Origin: Octopus sinensis
Taxonomy: Eukaryota
Reading direction: 5' to 3'
Assembly (NCBI RefSeq): GCF_006345805.1
Contig: NC_043003.1
Span: 103,168,001-103,232,000 of the forward strand
Length of the DNA: 64,000 bases
Shown: positions 1 to 14,195 of the stretch, piece by piece
Layout of the letters: every line of letters starts with the position of its first letter
Position numbering within the stretch: the first letter of the stretch is position 1
Notes under the pieces: generated by a model
The model's database searches: none
Seen by the model: only the letters and a program-made list of their open reading frames with translations
What the model was told of the DNA's origin: nothing
Program-made: the position numbers and the translations under genes

Positions 1-175
1 ACACTTAAACCCACTGGAATGCCACCGCATAACTAGGTGCTCCCATTATGTTGCTAAGAAATCTTGATCCCTCTCATCTGTGTAATGGAACTCGCTTGTT
101 ACTTCCATGAAGCCCCATGTCCTACAGGCAACAATCATAACAGGTATTCATAAAGGAGAAAATAGTCTATGAGAA
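1..175 (+). mobile_element. Helitron helicase (PIF1-like) C-terminal remnant, frameshifted
   Basis: Manual translation gives TLKPTGMPPHN* / GAPIMLLRNLDPSHLCNGTRLL / PHVLQATIITGIHKGEN, matching the Helitron helicase motif 'P.GMPPH.L.LK.G.PIMLLRNL.P..LCNGTRL'. Confidence 0.8.
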
Positions 176-864
176 CGACTATTTCCCTCCCCTCAAAACT
201 GGTGGACTTATGCCAAAATTTGAGGTTTTAAAGCAATTTGTCGAATTTCTAGTGAAACAGGATAGTGTTGTAAGAATATATGTGTGTATATACAAATACA
301 TATAAAATATTATATCCAAATATTTTACAAATATAATTTCATAAAATAACTCAATAAATATTATAATAGCATTCATATTCACCAACGTAATTCTATCACA
401 ACTTTCTCATATTTGTTTTATATTTTTATTCATTTTTATTCTTTATTGTCATTTGTTATTTTACATACGTTCGTTTTTCTGTTTTTAGATTTACAGTATG
501 TATTCTGTTATACATATTTTATTAGATGGCTCATTAGATATTTAATTATATTAGATTAAAACTTATTCATCTTTATTGGTTTCTTTGATTCCTTCTATTC
601 CTTGATAGTTGCAACTCGTCCATTCATTTCCTTTATTCTTAGACATCTATCATTTCTATAGATTATACATAAATTTTAAATGTTACACATTATATACCAT
701 ATTATATATGTTAATTACGTATTCTAATGTATATTATATATTGGTTTGTTATTTATTATATTTGAAAATATTTAAATTTATTCTGTTTATTTCATGTCAA
801 AGTCATTATTTCCATTTCTCTTAGATGTATATATTTATATGTAGATTTGTCGGTTTGGATGTAG

Positions 865-942
<78 letters not shown>

Positions 943-1309
943 TGTGTGCATGTTTGTGTGTATGAGAGAGAAAGAGCGTGCGGCGCGCGTGTGTGTGTGT
1001 ATGTGCGTGTATGTGTGTGTTTATATAGGGGTTAGCACAGTTATACGGTTCACAGTAGACGCGGCGTTCAAATCTCATAGGAGTAATGTTACAATGTATT
1101 TCCTTCTTAAATGTAAGTATGTGAAGAGAGAGAGGAAGAGAGAGAGAGAGAGAGAGAGAGAGGAAGAAAGAGAGAGAGAGAGAGAGAACGGAAAGGCACG
1201 CGAGGTATTTGAGGACATATTTGGTAATTTAATGAAACAGCTCTGATCTTGCAATAACCAAATGTATTTTCATAAATATTTCTGCACATGTTCTCAATAA
1301 ACTTTCTTA

Positions 1310-1900
1310 AAAGATTATTTTCTGATCCACCTTTTGTTTCGATGACTATTTCAGTGCGAACCCAGAGTCATCGACATGCCTGCACTAAATTGTCTGTATT
1401 TAATTCGGACATCACCTCTAGACATTGGCTGCCTTCAGTGAAGCTATGGCGTTGTGAGAATGTCGTTTAGTCTCCCTTTCAACAATATTCCAAACGAAGT
1501 AGTCCATGAGGTTTAAATCTGTCGAGTTTGGAGGCCACAAGTTTAGTGTTACATGATAATGAAAATTGTCTAACACCAATTCATGGGTTGTGTGGTCTTT
1601 GTGAGAGTGGTCAGTCTTGTTGAATTACCCAGGGCCTGTCGCTGTGTACTTCATCCACCTAGAACTTAACTCTCTCTAGCGCCTCAACGTGCCTAGCAGC
1701 ATTAATCCTAAGACCATGTGGAAAGATGTGAAATGGCATAACCTTACCTTTGTTACTCACTATTTTTAAAACCGCCACAGTCGCCGGAACTTATTGTGCA
1801 TCACTCTTGGAACATCAGATAATTCTGCATGTAACCATCTATCATTTCTTCTGTTAGACTTTTGTCCTGGGTCGAAGGTTTCTTCATCAAGAAAAAAAAA
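1310..1900 (-). mobile_element. Tc1/mariner transposase remnant (maT/DD37D-like)
   Basis: Minus-strand pieces: FLDEETFDPGQKSNRRNDRW, SDVPRVMHNKFPATV..IVSNKGKVMPFHIFPHGLRINAA, RPWVIQQD, LWPPNSTDLNLMDYFVWNIVERETKRHSHNAIASLKAA, IVIETKGG. Stops and frameshifts throughout. Confidence 0.85.
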
Positions 1901-2268
1901 AGCATGCAGAGAGTTTGTCCCGGTACTATTTGAATGTTATGGGGTCTTTTACTTTTTGGATTTCTTTCGGGATAATGTTAGACAAAACAGGACCAGTTGA
2001 GATTAAAAAAGAAATATGTCGTAATGTTGTTATGTAGTTTAAGGTCAAACCTTGGGTACCTTGTGACCTTGATAACAACGTCGTTTGTACACCATTGCTG
2101 GAATAATTTCCACATTCTACGAGTAATATTGTGCTTACAGCGGTGCTGGAAGGAATAACGTTTGAGCTTTTAAGGCGACCCCACTAATCATGTCCTGTCA
2201 TACCATATGTTTTCTCTGACCGATCTCTGCAGTGCTTCAATTCTCATAATGTTTTATTTTGCATAGGA

Positions 2269-2523
2269 AAGTTATTCTCAACCGGGGTCCATATGGCTCT
2301 TGCGGGTGAATATGGGATTTTGTTGCTAAAATTTATGAGCAATAAATTGCTTCTCCTTATGCAATATGCAAAAGATTTTAACATTTGTGTACAATTTCTA
2401 ATAATATTTAATTATAAAAATACAATAGGATTTTATTTAAACATTGAATGGCCATAAGGGTCCATCCGAGGAAAATAGGAGTCAAAGGAGTCCAAAGGCA
2501 AAAAAAATGGTTGCGAATCACTG
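2269..2523. mobile_element. Probable degenerate hAT-type MITE
   Basis: Left end (aa)gttattctcaaccggggtcc and right end ggttgcgaatcactg resemble the CAGTGGTTCTCAACC termini of hAT/Charlie MITEs. No TSD established. Confidence 0.35.
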
Positions 2524-4639
2524 GTATAGGGAGACCAATGTGATGCCTGGTAAACGTTGAAAAGCAAAGAATGATGGTATCAGGATCTCTGGACTGAGAA
2601 GTTCTAAGGATAAATAAGCACATTCTGCCTATCATATCGACTTTATTGTTGGTGTGTGCATTTCAGCTGAAGTTTCTATTTGGCGCCACGAGAAGGGAAT
2701 AGGATGTAGCTGTTTAGGTATATTTTGTTCTTCCAGGTAGAAGAATTCAATTTTATTCTCGTTTAAAACTGAAAGGCAGGGGAAAGAGAAAACCAATTTG
2801 TGATACCAAAACAAGGCGTCAGTCTGCGTGGCAGACCTTGGGAAGATTTCTACCTCTCCTCAATTCATTTTTCTGTTATATTTTCTTCTCTTTGATAAAG
2901 GGTACCACCAGAAACATCCGATTCACTTCTCTGTCTTCCTTTCATGAATTAAGCTTTATGGTAACTCTTTTGTTTGTTGCTTTTTTGCTTTGTATTTCTA
3001 CGCTTTCGGGCACATGCTTCTGTTTGTCTGACTCCGTGTCGTATTTTTAGTATTATGTTTTCTTTGTTTCTTCTATGCCTCAAATTTTACTCATCATATT
3101 TGTATAATGTTTATCTATTTACATCTTTACGCTCACGCAGGAATCATTTGCCGCTACATCACGGATTGACCAAAACATCTACGATCATGTGTACAGCAAC
3201 GTATTAAATATGACTGTACATGCATATATTTTATCATTACTGCTTTCTGCGACTCAATCTTAGAAAGGCTGTGCGTACATCAGCAAATGTACTTTTGTTG
3301 TTCTTATATTTAAGACCAACAGTTCTCATGGGACTCTGAACAACAGAACTGGTTTCGTAACTGATGAAGCGTAACGACACAGAAACACATGTATCCCATG
3401 ATCCGATGACGTCATTCATAGCCACATGTATTTTCACACATTGTCTAAGACGATAATTTTCTCCTGAGACTATTTCCCCAATGAAATATCTTCATAGAGC
3501 CGAGTGTACACGAACGTATTGACTATAATTAGACACGCATATATATCTATAGATAGAAAAGCAGACAAACAGGTAGATAGATAGATAGATACATACATAC
3601 ATACGTACGTACGTACGTAGATAGATAGATAGACAGACAGAAGACAGACAGATAGATAGATGGACAAATAGATAGCTAGAGTGATGGATGGATGGATGGA
3701 TGGATGGATGGGTGGATGGGTAGGTAGGTAGACAGATAGACACTTATATATAGATACATACATACATACATACATACATACATACATACATACATACATA
3801 CATACATACACACACAATGGGATATGGTTTGGAATGTGTGAATATATGTAAAAATAAGATTACTTCCAAATGTTTCATCAGACGATTGTGAGTTTACCGA
3901 CATTCAGGACTTTAGGTCGTTGATAAACTTTAAAATACGGCTCAATCCAACATTTACTACTATTTTATTAACGAGCATTTGTTGCCATTCTTTTTTTCTT
4001 TTCTTCTATTTTGTTTGTTTTTCATTCTGTTTATTTATTTTATTACTAATTTTCAATTTTCTCTCAGTGTACTTTTTAAATTCCATAGAGACTTCATTAT
4101 CTGAGGAAGTGGAGAGGAAATTGATAATAATTTCTATGACACATTAGAATAATTAAAAGCAACGAAAAAATCTACATATAAATTAATGTAAATTTATAAT
4201 GAAAAAGATCGATAGTTGTGTACACAAGGATTATACATTCTCAAACTCTATTGATGAAATAGCCTGGCATGATGCTTAACGGTTACCAAAGAACTTTGTA
4301 TCCTTTATGGGAATATATTTCAATAAAATTATATTAATTATGAATGAGATCTTTATGGAAAAGCAGTCTCGCTTTTCTGTGCTGGTCAAGCCTATCTATT
4401 TGATATTATCTTTGTTTATCTGTATGAGTGTGTGTGTGTGTGTATGTGTGTGTGTGTGAATGTATGTGCGTTGGCTTCGCACACGCACACACACGCACAC
4501 ACACACACACATTCACACATACTCATACATACAAACATACACACACACGTATATACACACACACGTATACACATATACGCACATACGCGCGCACACACAC
4601 ATATATATGCTCGTACCAGACCAGAAGTGTAGTTGATTT

Positions 4640-5560
4640 TATCGACTGATATCTGAAAGAGTGGGTAGTTAGTCCAGTGTTGTTTTAATCCTGACATCAA
4701 CTGGAAACTTATACAGAAACAATGGTATCGACAGGCTACCTAAAATGAGATGATGGAGGTGGAGGCTTAAGATCAGTGCAGACAGAAATCCAATGTCATG
4801 CAGTCTCTCTCAGAGAACACTTGCTAAACAGCAGCAGCAAAAATAAACACATAAACTTAGTGCTGGAAAGTGAGGGGAACAATATCTTACGTGCCTGCAT
4901 TGAACTCTAAAAGAAGTACTCTCTTCCTGGTGACCTACCATGCAACCTCCAAAACAGCTGGACTAACATACTTTAAAAAAACACCTGGATGTGAAACACT
5001 CAGCATACCAAAAACATTCCGAAGACTTGAAGAAGACAGTAATGTCGATATGAAGTGCAGCCTTTCTTAGACTCGTAACCACTACATCACACTTCGAAGG
5101 TTATGCATTTGCATTCCAATAACACGATATTACTATGAAATAGTAAACAAAAGAGACCACTTGGAGCTCCAAGACACAACCGAAAATGTAGATGATTATA
5201 TCATATTACCAGCTGCCTACGAATGTCTTCATGGTACGACCTCATTCTGCGACACGATGTCGCTAAAACATTATACAATGCTATTCGAAAAAGAATGTTC
5301 TGGAATGAATATAGAGAACTCCTATCCTTGTTACTGAATACATACACAAGCAACCACACAAGGAATATTGGGGGAACATTCTCATCAAAACTTTTATCCT
5401 GTGTAAACAGGCTGGATATTGTTGACTGGACAGACAAGAAAAAGTATGCACCGTCGTAAAGGTCAGCTGCCCTCTTGGTGTGAATATCTTTTTGAAAATC
5501 AACATGGCTGCAAAGCGAGCTTCTTAACAACTTTTTTCCGCTGGTTCATTGGACTGATGG
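4640..5560 (+). mobile_element. R4/Dong-clade non-LTR retrotransposon (family B), decayed 3' part
   Basis: LTSTGNL.RNNGIDRL...GGGLRSVQT (end of RT), SHFEGYAFAFQ, TSCLRMSSWYDLILRHDVAKTLYNAIRK (zinc knuckle/RHD), NRLDIVDW (restriction-like endonuclease PD motif). Homologous in inverted orientation to 57710-58990. Confidence 0.75.
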
Positions 5561-6077
5561 TGCTACAGTGAAACAGCTCTTATCTATTTATATTCATTAC
5601 ACTTAACAACATACGTTAACGATTATATCTTCGATATCCTTCTGAAGTTTCATTTATGAATACTTCCCCTTTTTAAATGCTTCTCTTTCAACTTCTTTTG
5701 CTTTTTCAATACAAACATAAACCAACAGCAAGAACGCGATCGACCAGCAACTTCTTTTAATTAACAAAAATTTCTCCAAATGAGTTTAATTTTAAATTCA
5801 TTCGACATCAGTTTTTTTTAGTTAAACTGTTGAAGGACAATATTTGACAATACTTTAGCCCATATTTCCGACATCTAACTCTACGGTTTTCCGTTTTATT
5901 ATTCTATTTGATTATTTTAAAACTTAATATTGACGTTTAATAAATTAAATTATTTAAAGAATAGAAGCGTTTAGTAATTAAACTATCTACATTATCAATC
6001 AAATCTTAATATCCTTTCATACTTAAATTTGATAACATTAAATCGACAGGACCTATATTGACCAACACTCTGATGAT

Positions 6078-6334
6078 GGAGGCACGTGTCTTAGTAGTTA
6101 GGGTGTTGCACTCATGCTCGCAAGATTGTGGTTTCGATTCTGAGACCAGGCAACGTGTTGTATTCTTGATCAAAACACTTCATTTCATGTTGCGCCAGTC
6201 CACTCAGCTAGCAAAAATGAGTAATCCTGCGACGGACCGGCATCTCGTCCCGGTGGGATGTATGTACGCCATGAAACCGGGAAACCGCCCTTAAGAGTCG
6301 GCATGCCTCGAGAAGATAACTTTACTTACTAATA
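6078..6334 (+). mobile_element. tRNA-derived SINE with 14-bp target-site duplication
   Basis: Degenerate A/B boxes (tgtcttagtagtt; ggtttcgattc), tail ...aactttacttact. Flanked by the perfect direct repeat aacactctgatgat at 6064-6077 and 6335-6348. Related to the SINE at 41746-42055. Confidence 0.8.
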
Positions 6335-6394
6335 AACACTCTGATGATAGTCATAGAAACCTATTAAAGCTTATGATAATGTATTCATAAAAAT

Positions 6395-6642
6395 GGGGAG
6401 AGTTTACGAAAAGTACAAAAGACGAAGACAGGTGGTGTACAAAACAAACAGATGTATTAGTATAATGCTCAGGAATAGAAAAAGTATTTTACGTTTCGAG
6501 CAAATGCTCTTCTACAGAAAGGGACACAGAAAAAACAAGGAGAGAAAAAAACTCTTTACGGATTCTCGTTTGGACATTTACCCTACGGCTGCACCTCTCC
6601 TACCTACGGATCACTGTGGAATCTACTCTTGATGAGAAATCC
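6395..6642 (-). mobile_element. Non-autonomous PLE-like pLTR fragment carrying a variant hammerhead motif
   Basis: About 90% identical over ~140 bp to 24367-24510 with the same left boundary gggagagtttacg. Flanked by tattcataaaaat at 6382-6394 and 6643-6655 (third copy at 6664-6676). Minus strand reads CUUU-CUGUAGA-A-GAGC-AUUU-GCUC-GAAAC-GUA-AAA at 6487-6521. Confidence 0.6.
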
Positions 6643-7310
6643 TATTCATAAAAATCCCTTATATATTCATAAAAATACATTTTGATATAAATATTGCTTC
6701 CGTCGCTAATAATTAATTTTTGATAAGTCAACTGGCTATTCATGTCATCAATTTCTGAAAAGATGCTAATATTCTATATATCGTAGCGGGGAGATTTGAT
6801 TGGCCTTCAATGACCGAGCGCTTCCCACTCATGATTCCCAGAAAAATGAAATTACGTGATATGGGAGTTCCAGTACCCCTGACAGACAATTCTCGTCTGC
6901 AACAGTCTATGCGTGTGTTTTTATGCCCCACGAGCCTATATAAGACGATCTCTCAAGATTAATAGCGTTCTAACATGACATCCATGTTAAGTTGGATATA
7001 AAGATTACTTTTCGGTATTAAAACAGATTCCACTGCGAATAATTAATTCATAAAAATATTTGAAAGATTTACTTGCAATTATCTTTCTCCATAAATGTTT
7101 TTATATCATAATATATTTGTCATTACAGCTAGTTCTCACTCGCCTTTTTCATGTTTGCTAGTGTGATAACAACTTCATTTGAATTTCGGAATTGTTAATA
7201 TTGCCTTTGACAAGAATTACCTCCAACACTGATGATGCCATAGAAGTGTTCCAAACCTCATTTATCAGCGCATGCCAGAACAATCCCTCTAAAAAGCACA
7301 CATGACTCAC

Positions 7311-7377
7311 CGTTCCATTCTCCCTCCTTTTCACAAAGATCGAAATATTGAAATATTTATAACTATAGTTTTGTGGC
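7311..7377 (-). CDS. Candidate small internal exon of an unidentified minus-strand gene
   Basis: Strong donor AACG|GTGAGTCATG at 7311/7310. Open frame PQNYSYKYFNISIFVKRRENGT with three N-glycosylation sequons. The acceptor is weak and ambiguous (AG before 7377 or before 7362). No family recognised. Confidence 0.3.
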
Positions 7378-7435
7378 TTTCACAAAGACATATATTTACC
7401 GTTCATAATACTTCAAATAACATAGCTTTTATCTA

Positions 7436-7468
<33 letters not shown>

Positions 7469-7840
7469 CATGTGTGTGAGTGTACGAAACGTATGTCAGT
7501 ATACAGCATTATTTCCTCATTCCTAAGCGATCTGCTTGACATCAACCGAACTGATCAGCTAATCATATGCTGGCTGTTTTCAGGCAGAGACAGACGTTGC
7601 ATAAACCGGCTTCAATGAATTCAGTCTATACGCAAACTAAAGAGAATATACAAGATTTTATTAAAATTAAACATCTAACGTTTTTATTGTATCAGCTATA
7701 GGAATTCGAAAAGTATTAGCTCTGCTTCGCCGTTGGAATCTAATACGTTTTTACTAGATGGATTAAAAAGGCAAAAAACATATCATTCAGTTATACACTC
7801 ACTATACATACTCGTATCTACACTTATATGAATTCAATAG

Positions 7841-7876
<36 letters not shown>

Positions 7877-8007
7877 TTTGTTTTTGCTTGAAATAACTTT
7901 TGTTTGATATTCTGCATAGTACATTGTATTTTTGTTTTAAAAATGTTTGAAAATGTGTGTGTGTGTGCGTGCGAGTGTTTCTATACAAGTGTGTATGTGT
8001 GTATGTG

Positions 8008-8048
<41 letters not shown>

Positions 8049-8811
8049 ATACATGTGTGTAAATATATACATCTGTGTATGGGTATGTGTGCGTGTGGGA
8101 GGGGAGAGTGAGAGAACGAATGTGTGTGTGTGTGCGTGTGTGCCCATGTATGTATGCATGTATGTATGCGTATCCATTCTCCCTTTCTTAGAGAGAGAAT
8201 ATGAAAGTCTAAGAAAAATTGGTGGGGATAGATAAAATGAGTGGGTAAAAAGAATAAGAGAGAAAAGTGTGTGTGAAAAAGAGAGAGGGAGAAGAGGAAG
8301 CCAAGGAGAGAAGGGGGGTAGTTTAATAATATGATATCTCGAAGCAGATGCACTCAACAACAGGTAAACCGGTTCTATGGAATTTTGTCTTTTATTTCTC
8401 GTCCATTCTATAAACGCAGCAATATCATACAAATATCATTGCCGTATTTCCAACCCAATAGTTAAAAGTTTAATTTACAATACAGATCCTCTACCTCAAT
8501 ATACTTTGATTATCCACGTAACTAATGGAGAATATAAAATGAACGGTGAATGGTAGCAGGTTTTTTTTAATTATATTTCTTCACAATTCATGGTTTTTTT
8601 AATTGTTTATGAAGGTCGTTGAGTGGCAAAGCTAGTAGAGTGGTGCATTAAATATTGTGTAATACATTGCGACGTCCCTTTTCTTAGTTTCTGGGTTCAA
8701 ATATTCCTTAAGTTTATGCAAGAAATTGAGGCAACAGTATCTTTCCACTAGTTTTGTACCTCTAATAAATCATCATTATTATTATTATTATTATTACTAC
8801 TACTATTATTG

Positions 8812-9094
8812 GGGTGGCGAGCTGGCAGAAACGTTACCACGCCGGGTGAAATGCGTAGTCGTATTTAGTCTGCCGTTACGTTCTGAGTTCAAATTCCGCC
8901 GAGGTCGACTTTGCCTTTCATCCTTTCGAGGTCGATAAATTAAGTACCAGTTACGCACTGGGGTCGATATAATCGACTTAATCCGTTTGTCTGTCCTTGT
9001 TTGTCCCCTCTATGTTTAGCCCCTTGTGGGTAATAAAGAAATAGAAATAGGTATTTCGTCTGCCACTACGTTCTGAGTTCAGATTCCGCCGAGG
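8812..9094 (+). mobile_element. Octopus-type tRNA-derived SINE (family A), with partial tandem re-copy
   Basis: Head ggtggcgagctggcagaaacgtta, B-box-like gagttcaaattcc, core gccgaggtcgactttgcctttcatcctttcgaggtcgataaattaagtaccag. Further copies at 9896-10033(+), 14270-14437(-), 15750-15979(-), 17609-17801(+), 40525-40640(+), 47150-47300(-) and 56203-56432(+). Confidence 0.85.
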
Positions 9095-9096
9095 CT

Positions 9097-9181
9097 ATCA
9101 AGACCAAACGCCCAGGAAAACTGAAGAAGGAGTTTTGTTCCATCAGGACAATGCTCCAGTACACAAGTCCTTGGTGTCAAT
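9097..9181 (+). mobile_element. mariner transposase fragment
   Basis: IKTKRPGKLKK.(frameshift).VLFHQDNAPVHKSLVS, the mariner 'KRP...K.VLLHHDNAP.H' catalytic segment. Confidence 0.7.
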
Positions 9182-10355
9182 TTGGTCACATTCCATGAGA
9201 GTGTCTTGGTCAGCCTATGAATTTTTCAGCCGACCCTCCTATGCATAACTTTCTGCTCCTATTAGGAGTATTTGTTTTTGCAATCTCTGTTTAAGTATGT
9301 TAGTCCTGTCAGCAGCCTGGCTCATATGAACAACTATACACACAAAGCACCCCACCGAGAGTTCTTAACCTAACCTCGTATTATCACAGTCACTGTGTTG
9401 TATTCGTTCCTCTCTTTATTGTTTAATAGATATTCAAGGCCTTATGTAATACCAATTTTTATACGATAGTGAAGTTTTTTAATTACCGCTTGCAGTCCCT
9501 GTTTAAGAGCAATTAAATTTCCTGTTTGTGTCTCTTATCGGCAATTTCCAGAGACCTTAGATAATCTATCAAACATTTGTAACTAGTGGTTAGCGAATTT
9601 ATTATTCACGTTCCACTTAATGAGTGTCTAATTGTCTAGTAAGTTTTCTGACTCGGTTGACGCTGTTGTCTGAAGAGAAGTCATTTTATTTATTTATTTA
9701 TTTTGTCATCACGATCGATTTCTGTAACCCCCGTCTGCTGTTGAATGCAAATCGTAGCTCAATAGAGTGGAACTCTCAATGTCCAATAAATAAATGATTT
9801 GTGGATTTTTATTTCATGGTTTTATCTGAAATATTGAATAAAACGTGATTTCTTTCACATGCGTTATAATAAACCATTAGGCAAATCATGGTTATGCGGC
9901 GAGCTGGCAGAAACGTTAGCACACTGGGCGAAATGCGTAGCCATATTTCGTCTGCCGTTACGTTCTGAGTTCAAATTCCGCCGAGGTCGACTTTGCCTTT
10001 CATCCTTTCGGGGTCGTTAAATTAAGTACCAGTAAAATAACTTGGTTATTATTATTTTACTAAATTCTTCACTATTGTCAGCAATAATAAATCAGAAGCA
10101 GTGTATTCCTGTAAAAATATGGTAACAAAAAAATTATTATTCCAAGAGGTTGCAGTTTAGAATGTCTATAAGTAATCACAATAAAGCTGATAGAAATAAA
10201 ATTTCAAAATCCAAAGTAAACTTCATATCTTCAGAAAAGGTCCAAACATTTTGAATTTATGATTTAAGTTTAAAACTGTTCGCCATTGAACTGGAAATTT
10301 GGAACATAGTATCCACAAAGCAACATCTAATATTCTCATTAACAAATTAAAGCTT

Positions 10356-10552
10356 TCTGTTTGTTTGTTTGTTTGTTTGTTTGTTTGTTTGTTGGTTGGT
10401 TGGTTGGTTGGTTGGTTGGTTGGTTGGTTGGTTGGTTGGTTGGTTGGTTGGTTGGTTGGTTGGTTGGTTGGTTGGTTGGTTGGTTGGTTGGTTGGTTGGT
10501 TGGTTGGTTGGTTGGTTGGTTGGTTGGTTGGTTGGTTGGTTGGTTGGTTGGG

Positions 10553-10599
<47 letters not shown>

Positions 10600-10780
10600 T
10601 TGGCTGGTTGGTTGATTGGTTGGTTGGTTGGTTGGTTAGTTGGTTGGTTGCTTAGTTGGTTGGTGGGTTGGTGGCTTGGTTGGTTGGTTAGTTGGTTGGC
10701 TGGCTGGTTGGTTGGTTGGTTGGTTGGTTGGTTGGCTGGCTAGTAAGTTGGTTGGTTGGATGGTTGGTTGCTTAGTTGGT
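10356..10780. repeat. (TTTG)/(TTGG)/(CTGG)n tetranucleotide array
   Basis: Directly visible. It explains the VGWL-repeat ORFs. Confidence 0.95.
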
Positions 10781-11098
10781 ACCTATCATTCTTTCTAGTT
10801 ATGGTCAGCTGTGGGATTCTTCGTGACAGCTTATTCTGCTCTTTGACAGCATGATTTTAAAATATTTTAATCCTGCTGGGTACCCACATACCTATGTCAC
10901 TTAGTAAACTAGACAGAGTGGACTGGTTTAGTCAACGACCACTCGACCATGTTCTAAATAGTGATTCTCAAAGTATATTTAGTGAGTCCCATGCACATTA
11001 TTGGCAGGGATAGTGAGTCCCATAAGAATTACTGATTGGTAAAAGATTGGTTTATTCATGCAGTATACCTAAATATGAGAAACTAGAGGAGCTTCCCA

Positions 11099-11281
<183 letters not shown>

Positions 11282-12499
11282 TTCTCCTTTTCTTTCTCCG
11301 ACAGACTTGCTTTGCAAATTCAGTACAGAAATCTCAGGAAATATACACCAATTATGTAGTATTATTCCATGTTACGGCTCTGTACCACCTATTGGTATTC
11401 CTTTACAGAAATGTGTAATGTGTCTACTCATTATGTCTATGTACGGCGAAGTCCAGCGCCGTTAGCCATTTTATGATGTGGCTGCTTGTTGGAATTCTAT
11501 TAATTGAAATTATTATATGATTCCATTAAATTCTTCGACAGTTCTACAATATCATCGGAAGTACATTCTTCTACTTACACACAGACTTTAGTAATTGAAG
11601 TCGGCTTTGATAAAAATATCGACTCATTGATTTTGAAAAGCATTTGCTACACTGCTGGGAATGAGATATGTTTGTGCGCATGACAGAAAAGAATACCGGT
11701 ATAGCGCTACAAGCAATGGACACTATAATATCAGCAGCAAAAGGTATACAAATTTAATTACAGCTAGTTTAATAGAAATTTGGGACCATAAATGACAGTG
11801 ACAATAGAATTCCAGACGAGCGAGTTCATCGGCCAGTAGTTTATAACCATTTTACTTCTTTGAATTTTTTTTCCGTCCTGAGATATTTCGACAAGCTTCT
11901 AACACTCTTTTTTCTTTGATGACCTCTTCATTAATGTCTTCTCTGTTCTCACTGAAGTATTTCGTGAGCAACTACGATTGGCGGGAGTCTCACCACATGG
12001 CCACGGTAAATATATTATTACTCACACGGGCGTGGACAGTTTTCTGTTTCTTTGCCTCATTCATCTAAGACAGAGTCTCTTCATTTTATTTCTAGGATTT
12101 TGCAGAATGTTTACAGTTGTAGGAATGTGTAAATTTTCTTACCTGATGGTGAGGTCGTTGGAATATATCAGCTTTGACGAAACAGAAGATAAGAAATAAA
12201 TTATCAGCTTCTTACTTTCATAAACAGGTAAGTCTAGAAGAAAGTAACAACGTCGCAGATTAACTCAACCAGACTTAATTCTAATAGGCATAATCCGCTT
12301 CCCGGATTAGCACTACTACCTGACATCTTGGATGCCTTTAATATGGTCCACTCTGTTGCAAACATTTGGTCTAGATCTGCGGTTTGATCATCCTCCGCTT
12401 CTTCCTTCCATCCAGTCCCCTGTGAAGGGACATAGGCACTGATTTCCCTGTTGATTTAGAGTTTATTAAAGAAAACTCAACCAACGCTAAAGAATCTTA

Positions 12500-13870
12500 A
12501 GCAACTCTCCGTCATAAGAAGCAGTAACCATACTTTTTGCAAGCATTCAGAAACCGGCATGCATAATGCTGTAATGTTCCGTTTAAACTGTTGCAAATTG
12601 GCATCTGAAGAGAAGATGCAAGGAGCCAATGTTCCGGCAGCAGAACTGATTGGGTGTGGTGGTTAGTGCAGGAGATTTGGGACAAAATGTGGGAGTTAGG
12701 TAGAATGGTGAGTGAGTTAGTGGTGTCTGAGTGTTGGAAGTACAAAACTAGCCAACGCTGAGAAACAAAGGCCATTGTAGTAACGGTAGAAAAGGCAGAG
12801 AGAAGAGATATCATGTCTGTGAGTCAGGAACCTGAACTTGTGACTTCGAACCAACCAGACAAGCGGCTCTACTCTACAGGCGGTGGAGGACACGTTTCTC
12901 AGATGTAGAAGCAATATTCCATTGAGGGATTCATTTGAACTTCGTTGAGTATTAGTAGGAGTTGGAGTTTGAAATTCTTTCTAGCCCACAAGAGAAAACC
13001 AGTTGTTTTCTTTGGTGGGGGATGCTCCTGGCTTTGTTAACGATGTGTTTTCCTCAGGAAACATTCTCGAAGATAGTAAGGCTTAGCTGTAGGTGCGATT
13101 GTCAAGCTCTAGATGAGAGCTATTCATGTTTAGGGAGTTGCGGTTATGTTTTTCTGGGGGGTGGGGTCTTTGTTTGGGTATCTTTTTTGGTGGGGTATAG
13201 TAGTGTTACAGTATTTCGCTGTTAAAAGAGTCAATATTAACACGGTTCCACTTGAACATACTCCAGTTCTCTGTTCATGAAATCAGTGCAAATTTAGCAT
13301 GAGGTGTCTAGATTGTCTGTGGATGATACTTGACTGAGGAAGATTATGAAGGAATGAGGATCATATTACCATCAACATAAAAATAAGCAGTGTTGGACAT
13401 GGAAGCGAGTAGATCATCGGTGTGCAGAAGGAAGAGAGTGGGGGGAAATTGAACGCTGGGTGCGTCAGAGTTGATTGAAAGTGAGACAGAAAGAACTCAA
13501 TGAACACATACCATTATAGAGTAATATGTAAGGGGACAACTGATTCGAGAGATAGGAAATGAATGGAGCTTGTAGACGGAGAAATTTCGATAACAGATTC
13601 GTTTGCCAAGGCAACGACATAGCATTCACCAAACTAATCTAAAACGAATGGCATAACAGAATAGGTCTCCAATGGATGTGGCTCAAAAGAGGCTCTATTT
13701 GTGTTCAGATTGAAGAGAGGGAAAGTCAAGGTATTTGGGGAACGTCATTATCAATAGAGAACTTCATTAACACCTTAGAGGTATTCAAAGTGAGTACAAT
13801 AGGGCGATAGTTGTTTGGGTGAGAAGGGGTTACCTTTCCTCGGAATGAAATATTCTGTAGTGTTTCCCCC
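12500..13870 (-). mobile_element. Decayed LINE reverse transcriptase (CR1/L2/Jockey-group)
   Basis: Minus-strand pieces: IPRKGNP..NYRPIVLT..SKV, TSIGDL, FGECYVVAL, SINSDAPSVQFPPTLFLLHTDDLL..AYFYVDG (degenerate GVPQGSVLSP / YADD), HRHDISSLCLFYRYYNGLCFSALASFVLP. Confidence 0.75.
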
Positions 13871-14152
13871 ACCAAATGTCACACTGTATATATCCTCGTA
13901 CAAAGGAAAATAATGAAGACTTTAGCGAACCTAGGATAAGTTAAGGGAAGCAATATCTGAGTATACTGGAAGGGATATTGCCAGGACCAGTTTGCTTAAA
14001 ACAGCCGGTGGTATCTTCATACATGATTGTGTGCCTCTGTGTTTGTGTGTGTTGTATAAGATGGGAAAGTCTAGTTGCCAAGCGGTGGTGGGAGCCTACC
14101 CAAACATAGAGACACACACATACACACACACTGATATATACATATATACACA

Positions 14153-14195
<43 letters not shown>

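Noticed and set aside
6341-6370. CTGATGA..GAAAC hammerhead-like string
   Set aside because: Stem II has only 2 bp and there is no stem III or stem I pairing. It overlaps the SINE TSD and is probably chance.
11400-12230. Possible decayed membrane-protein or hAT coding fragment; plus-strand AG..GT segment 12097-12228
   Set aside because: The short plausible peptides fall in different frames with stops, I recognise no motif with confidence, and the plus-strand segment has stops in all three frames.
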